From: a virus
Length of the DNA stretch: 64,000 nucleotides
Direction: 5' to 3' (one strand)
IMG/VR virus record: IMGVR_UViG_3300025784_000008
Shown here: positions 35,463 through 44,685 of the stretch, piece by piece
Numbering within the stretch: the first letter of the stretch is position 1
Layout: each line of letters begins with the position of its first letter
Made by a program: the position numbers and the translations under genes
The notes under the pieces: generated by a model
What the model saw: the letters and a program-made list of their open reading frames with translations, nothing else
Database searches by the model: none
What the model was told of the DNA's origin: nothing

Positions 35463-36163
35463 TATACAGGCCTACCCTCCTTGAAGTAGTTGCCCATTTT
35501 GGAGGCCGTCGGCCCTGCCTGATTGACGTAGTTGCCTTCGTAGGGCTTGATCTCCCCATGAACGGTTTCGAACACGATCTGGGCAATCCGCATGTTCGGG
35601 TAAAGGCGGATTGGATGAGAGCAGGTCATTTCCAGCGTCCACTGGTACTTCCATCCAGGTTCGCCCAAGCCGGCGGTTTCGTGGACGGACAGACCCAGAC
35701 GGGCCAGGGAAGACTTGCCGTGAAGAATCGGCTCGTAGTGGTCGCTGCCAGCCTTCTCGACGGTAGAGGCCAGATACAGAACACCGGGGACCATGATCGG
35801 GCACTGCTCCAGGTCATAGGTGAATAGTTCAGGCGGTTTCCGAGGATCGATCACTCCACAATTGGAGAAGTCGCCGCGGGCGTTTTCAGCCAACAGCGAT
35901 TCACGGACCTGCTCATAAAGCCACTGTACATGCTCGTACGCCGGGTCGATCCCGTCGATGCACATGGAGGCCCTGTCCTCAGTACCAATAGCACGACCAA
36001 GGGCGCCCATCACCGCGATGTTCGTCATCACGGCCAACTTCGGCATCAACGTGAGATCGTAGCTGATGCCTTTGAGGTTCAGCTGTTCGGGGTTGAACGG
36101 GTCGATTACGATACGACCTGCATCTAGCTCGCGCTGGATCTCCGCTCCGGTCAAGACAGACAT
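35462..36163 (-). CDS. dcd: dCTP deaminase family protein (possibly a bifunctional dCTP deaminase/dUTPase type)
   Basis: The N-terminal [17 protein letters not shown] and the C-terminal [52 protein letters not shown] align with the E. coli Dcd segment [32 protein letters not shown]...RPGMLIGALSFE. Confidence 0.75.
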   Translation of the reverse strand: [233 protein letters not shown]

Positions 36164-36166
36164 CGG

Positions 36167-36370
36167 TCATCCTCCCTTTTTCTCTCGTTCAAGGTCCTGG
36201 TAAAGCCTGGAGTAACGGTAGAGTTCCTCCGCTGCCCTGGATCCACATGTGTCCAACGTGTGGTCAGAGAAAAAGGCGAGGCACCTGAGTTTCTGTGATG
36301 TGGCGAGATCTTCGAAGGCGCGTCCGATAGCCTTCAATGCCTCGATCTCAGGATCAATAGGTTTGGTCAT
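36167..36370 (-). CDS. hypothetical protein
   Basis: 67-aa ORF. Confidence 0.4.
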   Translation of the reverse strand: MTKPIDPEIEALKAIGRAFEDLATSQKLRCLAFFSDHTLDTCGSRAAEELYRYSRLYQDLEREKKGG

Positions 36371-36424
36371 CGCGTGTCCTGGGGCTGGAGGGCCCCCGTG
36401 TTTTAGGTTTGCACGGATAGGTTA

Positions 36425-36601
36425 TCAAGGCTTACGGTTGATTTTCCGCCTCGCTTCCAGGACCTCGCGCATAAGGTCCGACCGAAGCTTTTCCGGCATT
36501 TCACGGAACGCTGGCTCTGCCTTGAGGGCAGCTTCCAGATAGATGAGATGTTTATCGACCTCGTCAAGGACTCTTCGAAGTCGGTCAGGTTCAGCTGTCA
36601 T
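36425..36601 (-). CDS. small hypothetical protein
   Basis: Internal ATG at 36601. Confidence 0.3.
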   Translation of the reverse strand: MTAEPDRLRRVLDEVDKHLIYLEAALKAEPAFREMPEKLRSDLMREVLEARRKINRKP

Positions 36602-36603
36602 GG

Positions 36604-36915
36604 CTACTCTTTCTTTGTTTTGGCTCGACGCCGACGTTCCAACTCGGCCACGATCAAGGCACCGGCGCGAATAAGGTCCCGCTCGGGATCCTTGGGCTTC
36701 CACCACTTCCAATCCCATGGCCAGAAGCGTTTCAAGATCGCCTCGAATGACACAGGTGAAATGGCCCCCGTGTTGACTGCGTAGAGGCCAGCGGCGATGG
36801 CCATCTCGCCATCCTTGTGTTGGTTGTCGTGGTGGTCGGTCCAGCCCTCTACGTTCTTCTGGCGTTCACGCTCCGCGGCGATGTCGGCCAGTACTGCTGC
36901 AGTTTCGCTACTCAT
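36604..36915 (-). CDS. conserved phage protein with a W-x-D-HHD-x-QH-x-DGE-x-A-x-AA motif (possibly an NTP pyrophosphohydrolase-like family)
   Basis: AERERQKNVEGWTDHHDNQHKDGEMAIAAGLYA. I tentatively recall this pattern from phage dATP/dGTP pyrophosphohydrolase-like families. Unverified. Confidence 0.3.
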   Translation of the reverse strand: MSSETAAVLADIAAERERQKNVEGWTDHHDNQHKDGEMAIAAGLYAVNTGAISPVSFEAILKRFWPWDWKWWKPKDPERDLIRAGALIVAELERRRRAKTKKE

Positions 36916-37198
36916 GTTTTGACCTTTCGAGTTCATCCAGATACTTGAGGAGCATTTTCTCCCCAAGCTCATTCTTGGCGGTGATAGTTACGATCGCTTT
37001 GGATGGGTCGTCGGGATCCGTTCTTACGTCGTACTCAAAAGGTGGGACCCTGGAAAAGTAATCGACCAAAACCCTCTCAATGGCGCCCTGGACCTCACGC
37101 AGATCCTCTTCCACGGAGAGCTCAAACAGCGGTCTCCCGACGATCTTCTTGATTTCTTCCTTGAATTGATGAGCAAGCCTTTGGACGTTTTCTTTCAT
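36908..37198 (-). CDS. hypothetical protein
   Basis: 96-aa ORF. Confidence 0.45.
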   Translation of the reverse strand: MKENVQRLAHQFKEEIKKIVGRPLFELSVEEDLREVQGAIERVLVDYFSRVPPFEYDVRTDPDDPSKAIVTITAKNELGEKMLLKYLDELERSKHE

Positions 37199-37266
37199 GG
37201 TTATTCCTTTTGAACTAAGAGAAAAGGCCCGAAGGCCTAAATTCTCTCCATCTGCTTAGACCACAC

Positions 37267-37288
37267 ATGGCTGCAGAGTCTGCAACCA
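37267..37288. repeat. dyad element, copy 7: TGGCTGCAGAGTCTGCAACCAC
   Basis: Lies just after the stop of the AAA+ gene. Confidence 0.65.
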
Positions 37289-37292
37289 CGGG

Positions 37293-38678
37293 CTAAGCCG
37301 CGATGTTCTTGTCCTCCCATTTCTTGTTGAGAGCCGTGCGGATGCAGATCTCCTGGAAACTGGCCGGCGTGATGTCTTCGTAGGACCTGGCCATCTCCTC
37401 GATCTTTTCCGCGGAGATCATGTCCCCACAGATCATCTGAGCCATCTGCAGTCTCCCCTCGTACGGCAGCTCGCCGAGTTCAACGACGCGGTCGACACGT
37501 CCTGGCCGAGAGCCGATCTCCTCGGTGGACCCTCCGCCCAGCGCAGGATCGAGGAGCTCAACGTTGTTGGTGGTTATGAACAGCAGAGTACCGTCGGTAC
37601 GGTCTACGCCATCAATCAGGTTCAGTAGACAATCGAACGTTACGCCCTGCACGTTTTGCGGGGTAGCGATGTTCTTGCGACCGTGGAAGATACCGTCGAT
37701 GTCCTCGATCAGGATGATCCTCTTACCGTACAGCTGGCAGCGGATGCGCCAGGCATTGGACAGGTACTGGTTGTCCATCGAGGCCAGGTCGAAGACGTAG
37801 ATCGGAAGATCGAACTTCTGTCCGATGGCCCGAACGAAGCTGGATTTACCAGTCCCAGGTCTACCGTAAAATACGTAGCCGCGATGCCACGGGATGTTGC
37901 GATCACGGTACCAATCCTGGTTATCGATCCAGAACTCAATCTCCCTCACCACTCGTTCCTGGTTGGCGTCAAGAATCAGCGACCGGAACGCCTCAGCACC
38001 CTCGTTCTGACCGACGTCATCCCACTTGAAGTCGATCGGCAACTGAGCCTTCATGTCGAAGCCAACACCGCCGGAAGCCTTGGTATGACTGCTCGGAGAC
38101 GCCACCATATTTTCAGGGATCGGCCCGGAGTTATGGTCGGTCATCATTCTCAGGCTGCCGACAACGTAATCGACGAAGAAGTTGGAGTCCTTGTCAAACT
38201 GTGTATCTTCTTCGAGGTCGCGGTTCAGGACCTTTAGCCCTTCTTCGACGAAATGATGGAACGGAAACGTCCAACGGATAAACCGAATCATGGTGTGACT
38301 GTGTTGGTTCACTCCTTCTTTTGGCTCCGTCCTCGACGGCTGAAACCATACAGGACGCCACCCGATCCAAAACAACGTGGACTGCTCACTGAGACTTTCG
38401 TAGGCCACATACCGCCACTTCCGTTTGGAGCGTAGCCAGGCGAGGAATGAGCTGTACGCCCTGATACCAAACTTGCGGCGCCGGCCGTTTCGACCCAAGT
38501 AGGTCTGGATGCCGGTGCTCAGCTTGTAGTCTGAAACCTGCTGCGGAACGATGATGAAAGACAGGGCCTTGATCATCATCTGCCTGGTCTTCCCCCAGAT
38601 AGATGCGAGGTAACCCAGAACCAAAAGGCCGGTAGCGCCAATGGCGGCCTCAAGGCCGCCTATCTGCGGAAATTCCAT
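37293..38678 (-). CDS. AAA+ ATPase with an N-terminal membrane anchor (BCS1-like architecture)
   Basis: Walker A YGRPGTGKSSF, Walker B IILIEDIDGIF, and a sensor-like TTNNVELLDPAL. N-terminal hydrophobic helix. Confidence 0.7.
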   Translation of the reverse strand: MEFPQIGGLEAAIGATGLLVLGYLASIWGKTRQMMIKALSFIIVPQQVSDYKLSTGIQTYLGRNGRRRKFGIRAYSSFLAWLRSKRKWRYVAYESLSEQSTLFWIGWRPVWFQPSRTEPKEGVNQHSHTMIRFIRWTFPFHHFVEEGLKVLNRDLEEDTQFDKDSNFFVDYVVGSLRMMTDHNSGPIPENMVASPSSHTKASGGVGFDMKAQLPIDFKWDDVGQNEGAEAFRSLILDANQERVVREIEFWIDNQDWYRDRNIPWHRGYVFYGRPGTGKSSFVRAIGQKFDLPIYVFDLASMDNQYLSNAWRIRCQLYGKRIILIEDIDGIFHGRKNIATPQNVQGVTFDCLLNLIDGVDRTDGTLLFITTNNVELLDPALGGGSTEEIGSRPGRVDRVVELGELPYEGRLQMAQMICGDMISAEKIEEMARSYEDITPASFQEICIRTALNKKWEDKNIAA

Positions 38679-38686
38679 TGCTCCCC

Positions 38687-38959
38687 CTAGAAAGGCTTCT
38701 CTGAGAGATTAGCCAGAGACATTTCCTTGTCGAGGCTCTTGACGTAGTCGGGGTGAACCTGGTCTACGACGGCCCTGAGTTCAAGCTTGTAGTAGTTACC
38801 GTCCTCACCTTCGAAGATGACTTCTCCGAGGCATCCCTTGGCGTTGCTACTGCGGATAACACCGGCGACCAGGATGGCCAGATCGCCGGTGTCCGCGACT
38901 TTGCTGATATCGAGGGTGCCTTTCAAGATGAACCTTTTGATCTTCACGATGTTTATCAC
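38687..38959 (-). CDS. hypothetical protein
   Basis: 90-aa ORF. Confidence 0.45.
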   Translation of the reverse strand: MINIVKIKRFILKGTLDISKVADTGDLAILVAGVIRSSNAKGCLGEVIFEGEDGNYYKLELRAVVDQVHPDYVKSLDKEMSLANLSEKPF

Positions 38960-38973
38960 GAGAGTTCCTTCTG

Positions 38974-39672
38974 TTACTTGACCTTGATGAGATTGACCTT
39001 CGCGTTCACGGACGCGTGTCCCTCACGTTGAGTGTTTTGCTCCGCTGGCGGCTCCATTGATTCTGCGATCAACAGGGCTCCGCGGAGAAGCTCTTTCAGG
39101 CGTTGCCTGTTTTCGGGCATCTTGTCGATGTCTCCGATCGTCTTTCCGATGTCTGCCAGGCCTTCGGAGAGGATGGTCTCGATGGCCATGAACTTGCCCT
39201 CCATCCGTGCCGCGCTGCGGTGGGCATCGATCTCAAGAACGTTGTCCAGCGGATTCTTCCTGCCGGAATGCTTGCGAGGGAACTTTTCGGACTTGGCCTT
39301 CCCCTTCTCTTTGATCTTCTTGGGGTAGACCTTTCCACTCATGGTCCTTTTGACGTAACTCTCGGATCCACCGGTGGCCTTCACTACTTCCCTTGCCGTA
39401 GCGTTCGGGTGCTCTTTGGTGTAGGCCTGGATCTTTCTCTTCATCGCACCACGCTTGGTGACTTGCCGGGATCGGACTCGGGCGTAGGATTTCGATAGAA
39501 GGTGGGCGAACGTCTTCCTCGTGGCCCACACGTACGCATCAGACGAGCCGACGGACTCGGCCACCTGCCTTGCCGACCAATCAGGGTACTGGTTCTGCTT
39601 CGCGACGATTTTCTCTGCGACAGACCCAGTCTCGGGCAAGGCCACTTCAGTTTCTTGCATCGTTTCTGGCAT
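38974..39672 (-). CDS. DNA-binding protein with two HTH-like repeats
   Basis: SARQVAESVGSSDAYVWATRK and ATAREVVKATGGSESYVKRTM are repeated HTH-like units. Basic Lys-rich linker. Confidence 0.45.
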   Translation of the reverse strand: MPETMQETEVALPETGSVAEKIVAKQNQYPDWSARQVAESVGSSDAYVWATRKTFAHLLSKSYARVRSRQVTKRGAMKRKIQAYTKEHPNATAREVVKATGGSESYVKRTMSGKVYPKKIKEKGKAKSEKFPRKHSGRKNPLDNVLEIDAHRSAARMEGKFMAIETILSEGLADIGKTIGDIDKMPENRQRLKELLRGALLIAESMEPPAEQNTQREGHASVNAKVNLIKVK

Positions 39673-39682
39673 AGCTCACTTT

Positions 39683-40237
39683 CTACTCAGCGGCCGGTGC
39701 TTCTGCTTTCTGGCCTTCCACGGGATGGAAGTCGGACACCCACGCGGTGCGCTCATCCTCGGGCATTTCCGTTTTGGCTTTCTCAACAAACTTCTTGTGG
39801 TCCTCCTTGCGCTTCTCGAAGGTGGTCAGGAGCTGGTCCCTGATCCGGTTGGCGGCGTTCATGATGTTGGTGACCTGGAGGATGTGGAATCCCAGGAGCT
39901 CCGGGTTCTCCATTTCCTTCTCGACCTTTTCCAGTCCTGACAAGACTGCCCTTATCGAGGACACGAAAGCCTGGGCCTCGCGGACATTTGCCGCAGCGTT
40001 GCCGTCCACGAGCAGAACCTGCATGGTCATGTTCGGCAGGCCGTCGACCGGTCCCTCGTGTTTGCGTAAGCCCTTGATGGAGTAATCGGTACGGCCGTTG
40101 CCCCCGCGAAGCTGTCCCTCGTCAAAAGCCGGGTTGTTCTTGGTCGCCTTCACCTTCTCAGGGGGAGTCGGGCTTTTTGCCTCAGCCTTCTTTTCTGTCT
40201 TCTTCTGCGACTTTACTGCCGCTGCTTTCTTTCCCAT
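39683..40237 (-). CDS. hypothetical protein with a Lys-rich N-terminus
   Basis: 184-aa ORF. Confidence 0.5.
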   Translation of the reverse strand: MGKKAAAVKSQKKTEKKAEAKSPTPPEKVKATKNNPAFDEGQLRGGNGRTDYSIKGLRKHEGPVDGLPNMTMQVLLVDGNAAANVREAQAFVSSIRAVLSGLEKVEKEMENPELLGFHILQVTNIMNAANRIRDQLLTTFEKRKEDHKKFVEKAKTEMPEDERTAWVSDFHPVEGQKAEAPAAE

Positions 40238-40445
40238 TGGACGGGATCTCCTCTCCTGATGACTTCATCAGGTCAATGACGTACTTCCTGTAAGTTATGA
40301 GTTCTTTCCAGACACGTTCCATGTCCGGCCGGCTGGCGAAAAACAAGGTGTCACCGCAGTTGTAGGCGTTCCTGGTGGCCAGATAGCTCTTGTACTTCCA
40401 CTTCAAGCGCTTCTTGTGCCACCAGATTTTGAGCTTCAGGATCAA
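40182..40445 (-). CDS. hypothetical protein
   Basis: 87-aa ORF overlapping both neighbours. Weak call. Confidence 0.3.
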   Translation of the reverse strand: MILKLKIWWHKKRLKWKYKSYLATRNAYNCGDTLFFASRPDMERVWKELITYRKYVIDLMKSSGEEIPSNGKESSGSKVAEEDRKEG

Positions 40446-41077
40446 ACCATCCTCCCTCCTCGAACCAGTCGGATCAGACCGTTGTACATGACAATCTGCC
40501 GGTAGCAGTCGTAGATGGCGTCGTGTGCCTTACCCTCTGGAAGCTTGATCTCAGGGCAAAGCGCCATGGCCGCGTCGGTCAGAGGACCGTACCCCAGGCC
40601 AGTCACCCGCATCGCCATCATGCGGGCGCCGGTGATGTCCTCGACGCGGTAGTGGTAATCGCCGACCAGGTCCTGTGTCTCTCCGTTATCTACCCAGACG
40701 GACTCTTTCAGAATCCCGTGCTTGGAAAGGAGAGGCATGTCGAAGCTGGCGGCGTTCAATCCCAGTACTGTCACCGGAGTCTGGGCGTGGTGGTTCTTGA
40801 AGAAGGTCAGGATGTCCTCGCGGATCGCCTCATGGCCCCGCGGCTCAACCTTGTTACAGAGAGCGTAGAGCTCGACCTGGTGCTCTTTGGCGAAGTTGGT
40901 CTCCGGCTGGCCGGCGTAGTGCAGGTAGGTGTGATAATCCGGGTCCTTCTTCTTAGGCAGCAAAATGCCCTGTTTTGACCAGCTGCAGGCGACGATCCCG
41001 ATCTCCAGGATCTCGGCCTTGGACTTGTCGGCGGACGTGGTCTCGATGTCGACCATGAAGCATGGATAGTTGTTCAA
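40442..41077 (-). CDS. DEDDh 3'-5' exonuclease (DnaQ-like)
   Basis: Exo I FMVDIETT, Exo II LGLNAASFDMPLL, Exo III HDAIYDCYR. Confidence 0.65.
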   Translation of the reverse strand: MNNYPCFMVDIETTSADKSKAEILEIGIVACSWSKQGILLPKKKDPDYHTYLHYAGQPETNFAKEHQVELYALCNKVEPRGHEAIREDILTFFKNHHAQTPVTVLGLNAASFDMPLLSKHGILKESVWVDNGETQDLVGDYHYRVEDITGARMMAMRVTGLGYGPLTDAAMALCPEIKLPEGKAHDAIYDCYRQIVMYNGLIRLVRGGRMV

Positions 41078-41325
41078 ACGGACTCCTTTTTGTAGTCATG
41101 AATCATTGCCAGAAATTTGATCCCCTCGGCGATACCGACAGCTACATCACGCGAGTCCGTCATGACGTAGAATCCGGTGTCACGGCACTGAATGATGTAG
41201 TGAGGAGACTTGCTCCCGTCGGCACGGAGAACGAGGTTGTTGTTGGTGCAGATCTTTTCGAGGTCAGGATCGGTGGGGTACACCTTTTTCCGTCCTGAGG
41301 ATGTTGATTGAATGAGGTGGCTCAA
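41074..41325 (-). CDS. hypothetical protein
   Basis: 83-aa ORF. Confidence 0.45.
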   Translation of the reverse strand: MSHLIQSTSSGRKKVYPTDPDLEKICTNNNLVLRADGSKSPHYIIQCRDTGFYVMTDSRDVAVGIAEGIKFLAMIHDYKKESV

Positions 41326-41525
41326 GGTCTCTCCTTCAGTCGCTTCGTGTACTTTTCGACCGCTGGTAGCAGCTCGTGCGTCAGGTCGTCCGCGATCAGC
41401 AGAACCTCGTTGTAGCCGCTTGCGTGGCCACGGTCGTATGCCTGATAACTTACGAAACTGCGGAACTCCTCAGGCAGTGGCTCAAGGATCTCAGCCAGCT
41501 TCTTGGCGTACTCCTTTTCGTTCAT
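41322..41525 (-). CDS. hypothetical protein
   Basis: 67-aa ORF. Confidence 0.4.
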   Translation of the reverse strand: MNEKEYAKKLAEILEPLPEEFRSFVSYQAYDRGHASGYNEVLLIADDLTHELLPAVEKYTKRLKERP

Positions 41526-42124
41526 CCGGTCGCCCCTTCCCCGTCGAAACGGGAATCGTAGTCCTCCCCGATGTCGAGGCCGATGTCCAGCCGCTCAACC
41601 AGAATGCTGGTGAAACCGGCGACCTCCAGAATGTACAGGAGATCGACATCAATTTGCTCGTTGATCAGATCGCCGTAGTTGAAGTCTTCGCTGCTGTCTT
41701 TCCAGGCCTGCTGGCCCGTCTTGGTGCTTTGCAGCCAGAAGTTGACCGCGTCGCGGAAGGCAAACAATGCCTCTTGTGCAACGGAGAACTTGCTGACCAG
41801 CGTGAGCTGGGCCGGGATCATGTCGTCAGGGCTACGCCGCGAGACGTCGATGACGTGCTTGAACATCGGCAACAGCTCCTGCGCTAAAGCCTCGACCTCT
41901 CCCCCGTCGTCTTTCTTGATGCTGATGATCTCGTCCCCGTAGGGGCCTTCTTCGCCGTATTCAACCGCGGTGACGGTTCCCAGACCGCTGCACTTCTTCT
42001 CGTCGGGGTCGTTCCAGTAGACGCGTTCCCCGATGGCATAGCGCTTGACCGCGTTTTTCATGGATGTACCTCCTCTACCTCGACCTCCGGCCAGTAAACC
42101 CATACCCAGGCCTGCACGTAACAA
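41522..42124 (-). CDS. hypothetical protein
   Basis: 200-aa ORF. Confidence 0.5.
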   Translation of the reverse strand: MLRAGLGMGLLAGGRGRGGTSMKNAVKRYAIGERVYWNDPDEKKCSGLGTVTAVEYGEEGPYGDEIISIKKDDGGEVEALAQELLPMFKHVIDVSRRSPDDMIPAQLTLVSKFSVAQEALFAFRDAVNFWLQSTKTGQQAWKDSSEDFNYGDLINEQIDVDLLYILEVAGFTSILVERLDIGLDIGEDYDSRFDGEGATG

Positions 42125-42438
42125 CCTCGGCTATCACCGCGGCTGGTTTTGGCATCGGCGTCCACTTCACATTCCCCGTCGCGGTGGTGCTTTTCCCTGG
42201 CGGCCTCAACAGCCTCTTCGTCAGTGAGCTCCATGCGAAGATCCTCGCTGTCCTCGTCGAAGAGCAGACGTTCGTTGTACTCGATCCAGATGGCGTCGGA
42301 TTTTTTAGCCGCCGGCTTGGATACCGAGCTGGCCTCTTCTTTGGTGAATTGAGTAGCGAAGCCAGCCCGGTTGATCCATCCCATCTCGTTGTTCCAGAAA
42401 CCACACTCGCTTTCGCTGTAGATGATGAGCTTCACCAC
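42058..42438 (-). CDS. hypothetical acidic protein
   Basis: 126-aa ORF. Confidence 0.45.
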   Translation of the reverse strand: MVKLIIYSESECGFWNNEMGWINRAGFATQFTKEEASSVSKPAAKKSDAIWIEYNERLLFDEDSEDLRMELTDEEAVEAAREKHHRDGECEVDADAKTSRGDSRGCYVQAWVWVYWPEVEVEEVHP

Positions 42439-42489
42439 AACCTCCTTCCCAGGAAAAAGAAAAGGGCCCGCCGAGTGGCGGGCCCCTGG

Positions 42490-43104
42490 TTATTCCTGGT
42501 TGTCGTTCTGCAGACTCAGCCGCTTGAGTTCCTTGCGGTTGAGCTGCTTTTCGGGGCGGAAGACGAGTTCCTTGCGACCACCGATGACGGTAGCGAAGAT
42601 GTTCTCCTTCCATTCCCCTTTGAACCAACAACCGTTGATCTTCTTCACGCCCTTACCCGGCTTGAGCTGCGGATGCTGACGGCGGTTAGCGACCTTGTTG
42701 GGATGAGTCTCGCGGAGAATTCCGTGCTCATCCACGTAGAAGTCGCGAAGGCTGTACCACCGGCCATGGGGCCCGAGCGGCTCCCCGTTCTCGTTGTACG
42801 TGATCTTGGTGGAGACCATGTACTTGAGATGCTCACGGAGATGCCATCCGGCGACGTTACGGATGTCGGCCTGAGAACAGATCTCGGACCAGACATCGTC
42901 CCAATAGCGACCGCAGTTCTTGCGGAGCATACCGTAGAGCGGCGCCAAGCGGTCATTGAACCCCTTGGTAGCCTTCATCTTCATCGGTTCGCGGATCGGA
43001 AGATCCTCGTCCGGAAGACGGTTCCTGCGACAGTCCTTCTGGATGTCCCAGTCACTACGGGTGCGGGCCGTGTTGATGATCAGTCTGGCGTAATCTTTGC
43101 GCAT
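42490..43104 (-). CDS. hypothetical protein
   Basis: 204-aa ORF. Confidence 0.5.
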   Translation of the reverse strand: MRKDYARLIINTARTRSDWDIQKDCRRNRLPDEDLPIREPMKMKATKGFNDRLAPLYGMLRKNCGRYWDDVWSEICSQADIRNVAGWHLREHLKYMVSTKITYNENGEPLGPHGRWYSLRDFYVDEHGILRETHPNKVANRRQHPQLKPGKGVKKINGCWFKGEWKENIFATVIGGRKELVFRPEKQLNRKELKRLSLQNDNQE

Positions 43105-43157
43105 GACATGACTCCTCTAGTTTCACTAAAGTGTCATGGCACACCTCCTTTCGTTTA

Positions 43158-43706
43158 TCAGCACCCCGTAAGGTAGGGCACTACAGACATCATCTCTCGA
43201 AGCATCTCTGTGTACGACTTAGGCGGGGGAGGAACGTACTTCACGTAGGCGTTCTCATCCTCATCCCATTGGTACCTGGTCATTGATTCCTTGTTGATCT
43301 CCTTCGGGATGTCGTCCTCATCCCGGAATACCATCAGTTTACCGTCGAAGGTCCTCAGTACCCAGAGCCAGTCGTCATAGACGTAGAACCACCGTCCCGT
43401 GTGGATCATCGCCAATTCTTTGAGTTCAAGGTAGCAGTACTTCCACCACTTCTTCCAACACTTCACCCTATCGGGCTTGGAGAAGATGGCGGCGAGCAGG
43501 TAGAGCCACTTGGGCAACCAAGGGAAGATATTCTTCTCTTCCCAGTAGGCGATCTCAGCACCACACCAGATACCCAGGCCGGCCTTTGCCTGGTTACGGT
43601 GGCTGGAGGCTCTGATGCCAAGCTTGTTGCGGTGAACGATGATGCTCAGCGGATACGGGTGCTCAGAATCGTCCCAGTCGAAGATTATCGCGTCTTCCAT
43701 TCCCAT
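43158..43706 (-). CDS. hypothetical protein
   Basis: 182-aa ORF. Confidence 0.5.
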   Translation of the reverse strand: MGMEDAIIFDWDDSEHPYPLSIIVHRNKLGIRASSHRNQAKAGLGIWCGAEIAYWEEKNIFPWLPKWLYLLAAIFSKPDRVKCWKKWWKYCYLELKELAMIHTGRWFYVYDDWLWVLRTFDGKLMVFRDEDDIPKEINKESMTRYQWDEDENAYVKYVPPPPKSYTEMLREMMSVVPYLTGC

Positions 43707-43740
43707 GGCGGCTCCTAAAATTTTTCCGCCTAATGCGGAT

Positions 43741-43756
43741 CATCGTCTTAGGCCCT
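43741..43756 (-). promoter_or_regulatory. GGGCCTAAGACGATG motif upstream of gene 43158-43706
   Basis: Follows the terminator on the minus strand. Confidence 0.35.
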
Positions 43757-43783
43757 AAAAAGAAAGGGCTCTGGGAGCCCTTT
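43751..43783 (-). terminator. rho-independent terminator
   Basis: AAAGGGCTC...GAGCCCTTT stem with a T-run. Confidence 0.55.
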
Positions 43784-43788
43784 CTGTG

Positions 43789-43810
43789 GCTGCAGACTCT
43801 GCGGCCACTA
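43789..43810. repeat. dyad element, copy 8: TGGCTGCAGACTCTGCGGCCAC
   Basis: Overlaps the stop of gene 43808-44221. Confidence 0.7.
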
Positions 43811-44221
43811 ATTCCCTCCGCCCAGGACCTCGATCGTGGAGTTGCACCCATCCTCTACGACATGCACCACCATCAACTCGTATCGCTTGTACAGCCAGGA
43901 GACTATGCGGTTTCTGAAAAGCTGGACAACAAAGAGAATCAACAGCATGGCGCCAGGAAGAAGAGTGGCCAGCGGAAGCCAGGTTGTCTCCGTGAGGATA
44001 GACAACAAGAGGGTAGCGAGAACAGCGGCGTGTCCGGAAATGATGAGACCGTGAATGTGCATGTTACATCTGTGGAGGAGAAACAGGTGCACGATACGGA
44101 TGAACGCCTCAAACTGGATCGAAGTGAGAGCAACCTTGCCGTTCGTAACCTGAATCGCTCCAACCATCTTTTGTATCTCGTCGGTGGTTACGATCACCGA
44201 TCTTCCGGCTGTAAACATCAC
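43808..44221 (-). CDS. membrane protein
   Basis: Three or four hydrophobic helices. Confidence 0.5.
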   Translation of the reverse strand: MMFTAGRSVIVTTDEIQKMVGAIQVTNGKVALTSIQFEAFIRIVHLFLLHRCNMHIHGLIISGHAAVLATLLLSILTETTWLPLATLLPGAMLLILFVVQLFRNRIVSWLYKRYELMVVHVVEDGCNSTIEVLGGGN

Positions 44222-44685
44222 TTCCCCTTTCCGAACTTCTTCTGAAGGCGGGCGAACTCCTTACGGTCAATCTCTTCCTGCCGTCGCTTTTCGGCTTCCT
44301 TCCGCTTGGCTCGGGAAATCCTACCTTTTTCTCGTCTGATCAGACGCTGGATTACCTGAGCGTCAGTCTCGTGGATTTTCCACTCGAAGATGACTCCCAC
44401 TTCGGGGGTTCCTTCGTAATTGTAACTTGAGATTATGCACGCAACTGCGTTCTTGGGGATCTCAGGGTTCTTCTGGCGCAATACCTCTACCTCATCGTTG
44501 ATGGCCTTCAGGTATGCCGTGAGAGTCATACGCTTAGAGGCGTAAGGGTTTGGAACAGCCACATGCAGTGTCCACTCATAGGATTGCCTCTTCAGCTGTC
44601 GGCGCTCCCTGTTTAGGTCAAAATTGGCGAGAATCCATTCGGCGTTGACGTCTTTTTCGTGCTTCGGTGCTCCTGATGTCATCAC
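44218..44685 (-). CDS. hypothetical basic protein
   Basis: 155-aa ORF. Confidence 0.5.
   Translation of the reverse strand: MMTSGAPKHEKDVNAEWILANFDLNRERRQLKRQSYEWTLHVAVPNPYASKRMTLTAYLKAINDEVEVLRQKNPEIPKNAVACIISSYNYEGTPEVGVIFEWKIHETDAQVIQRLIRREKGRISRAKRKEAEKRRQEEIDRKEFARLQKKFGKGK

Noticed and set aside
37525-38237. Plus-strand ORFs inside the AAA+ gene
   Set aside because: They are antisense to a gene with clear Walker motifs.
42064-43176. 370-aa plus-strand ORF
   Set aside because: It is antisense to three well-formed minus-strand genes (42058-43104). Its composition is low-complexity Leu/Val/Pro-rich, typical of a high-GC antisense frame.
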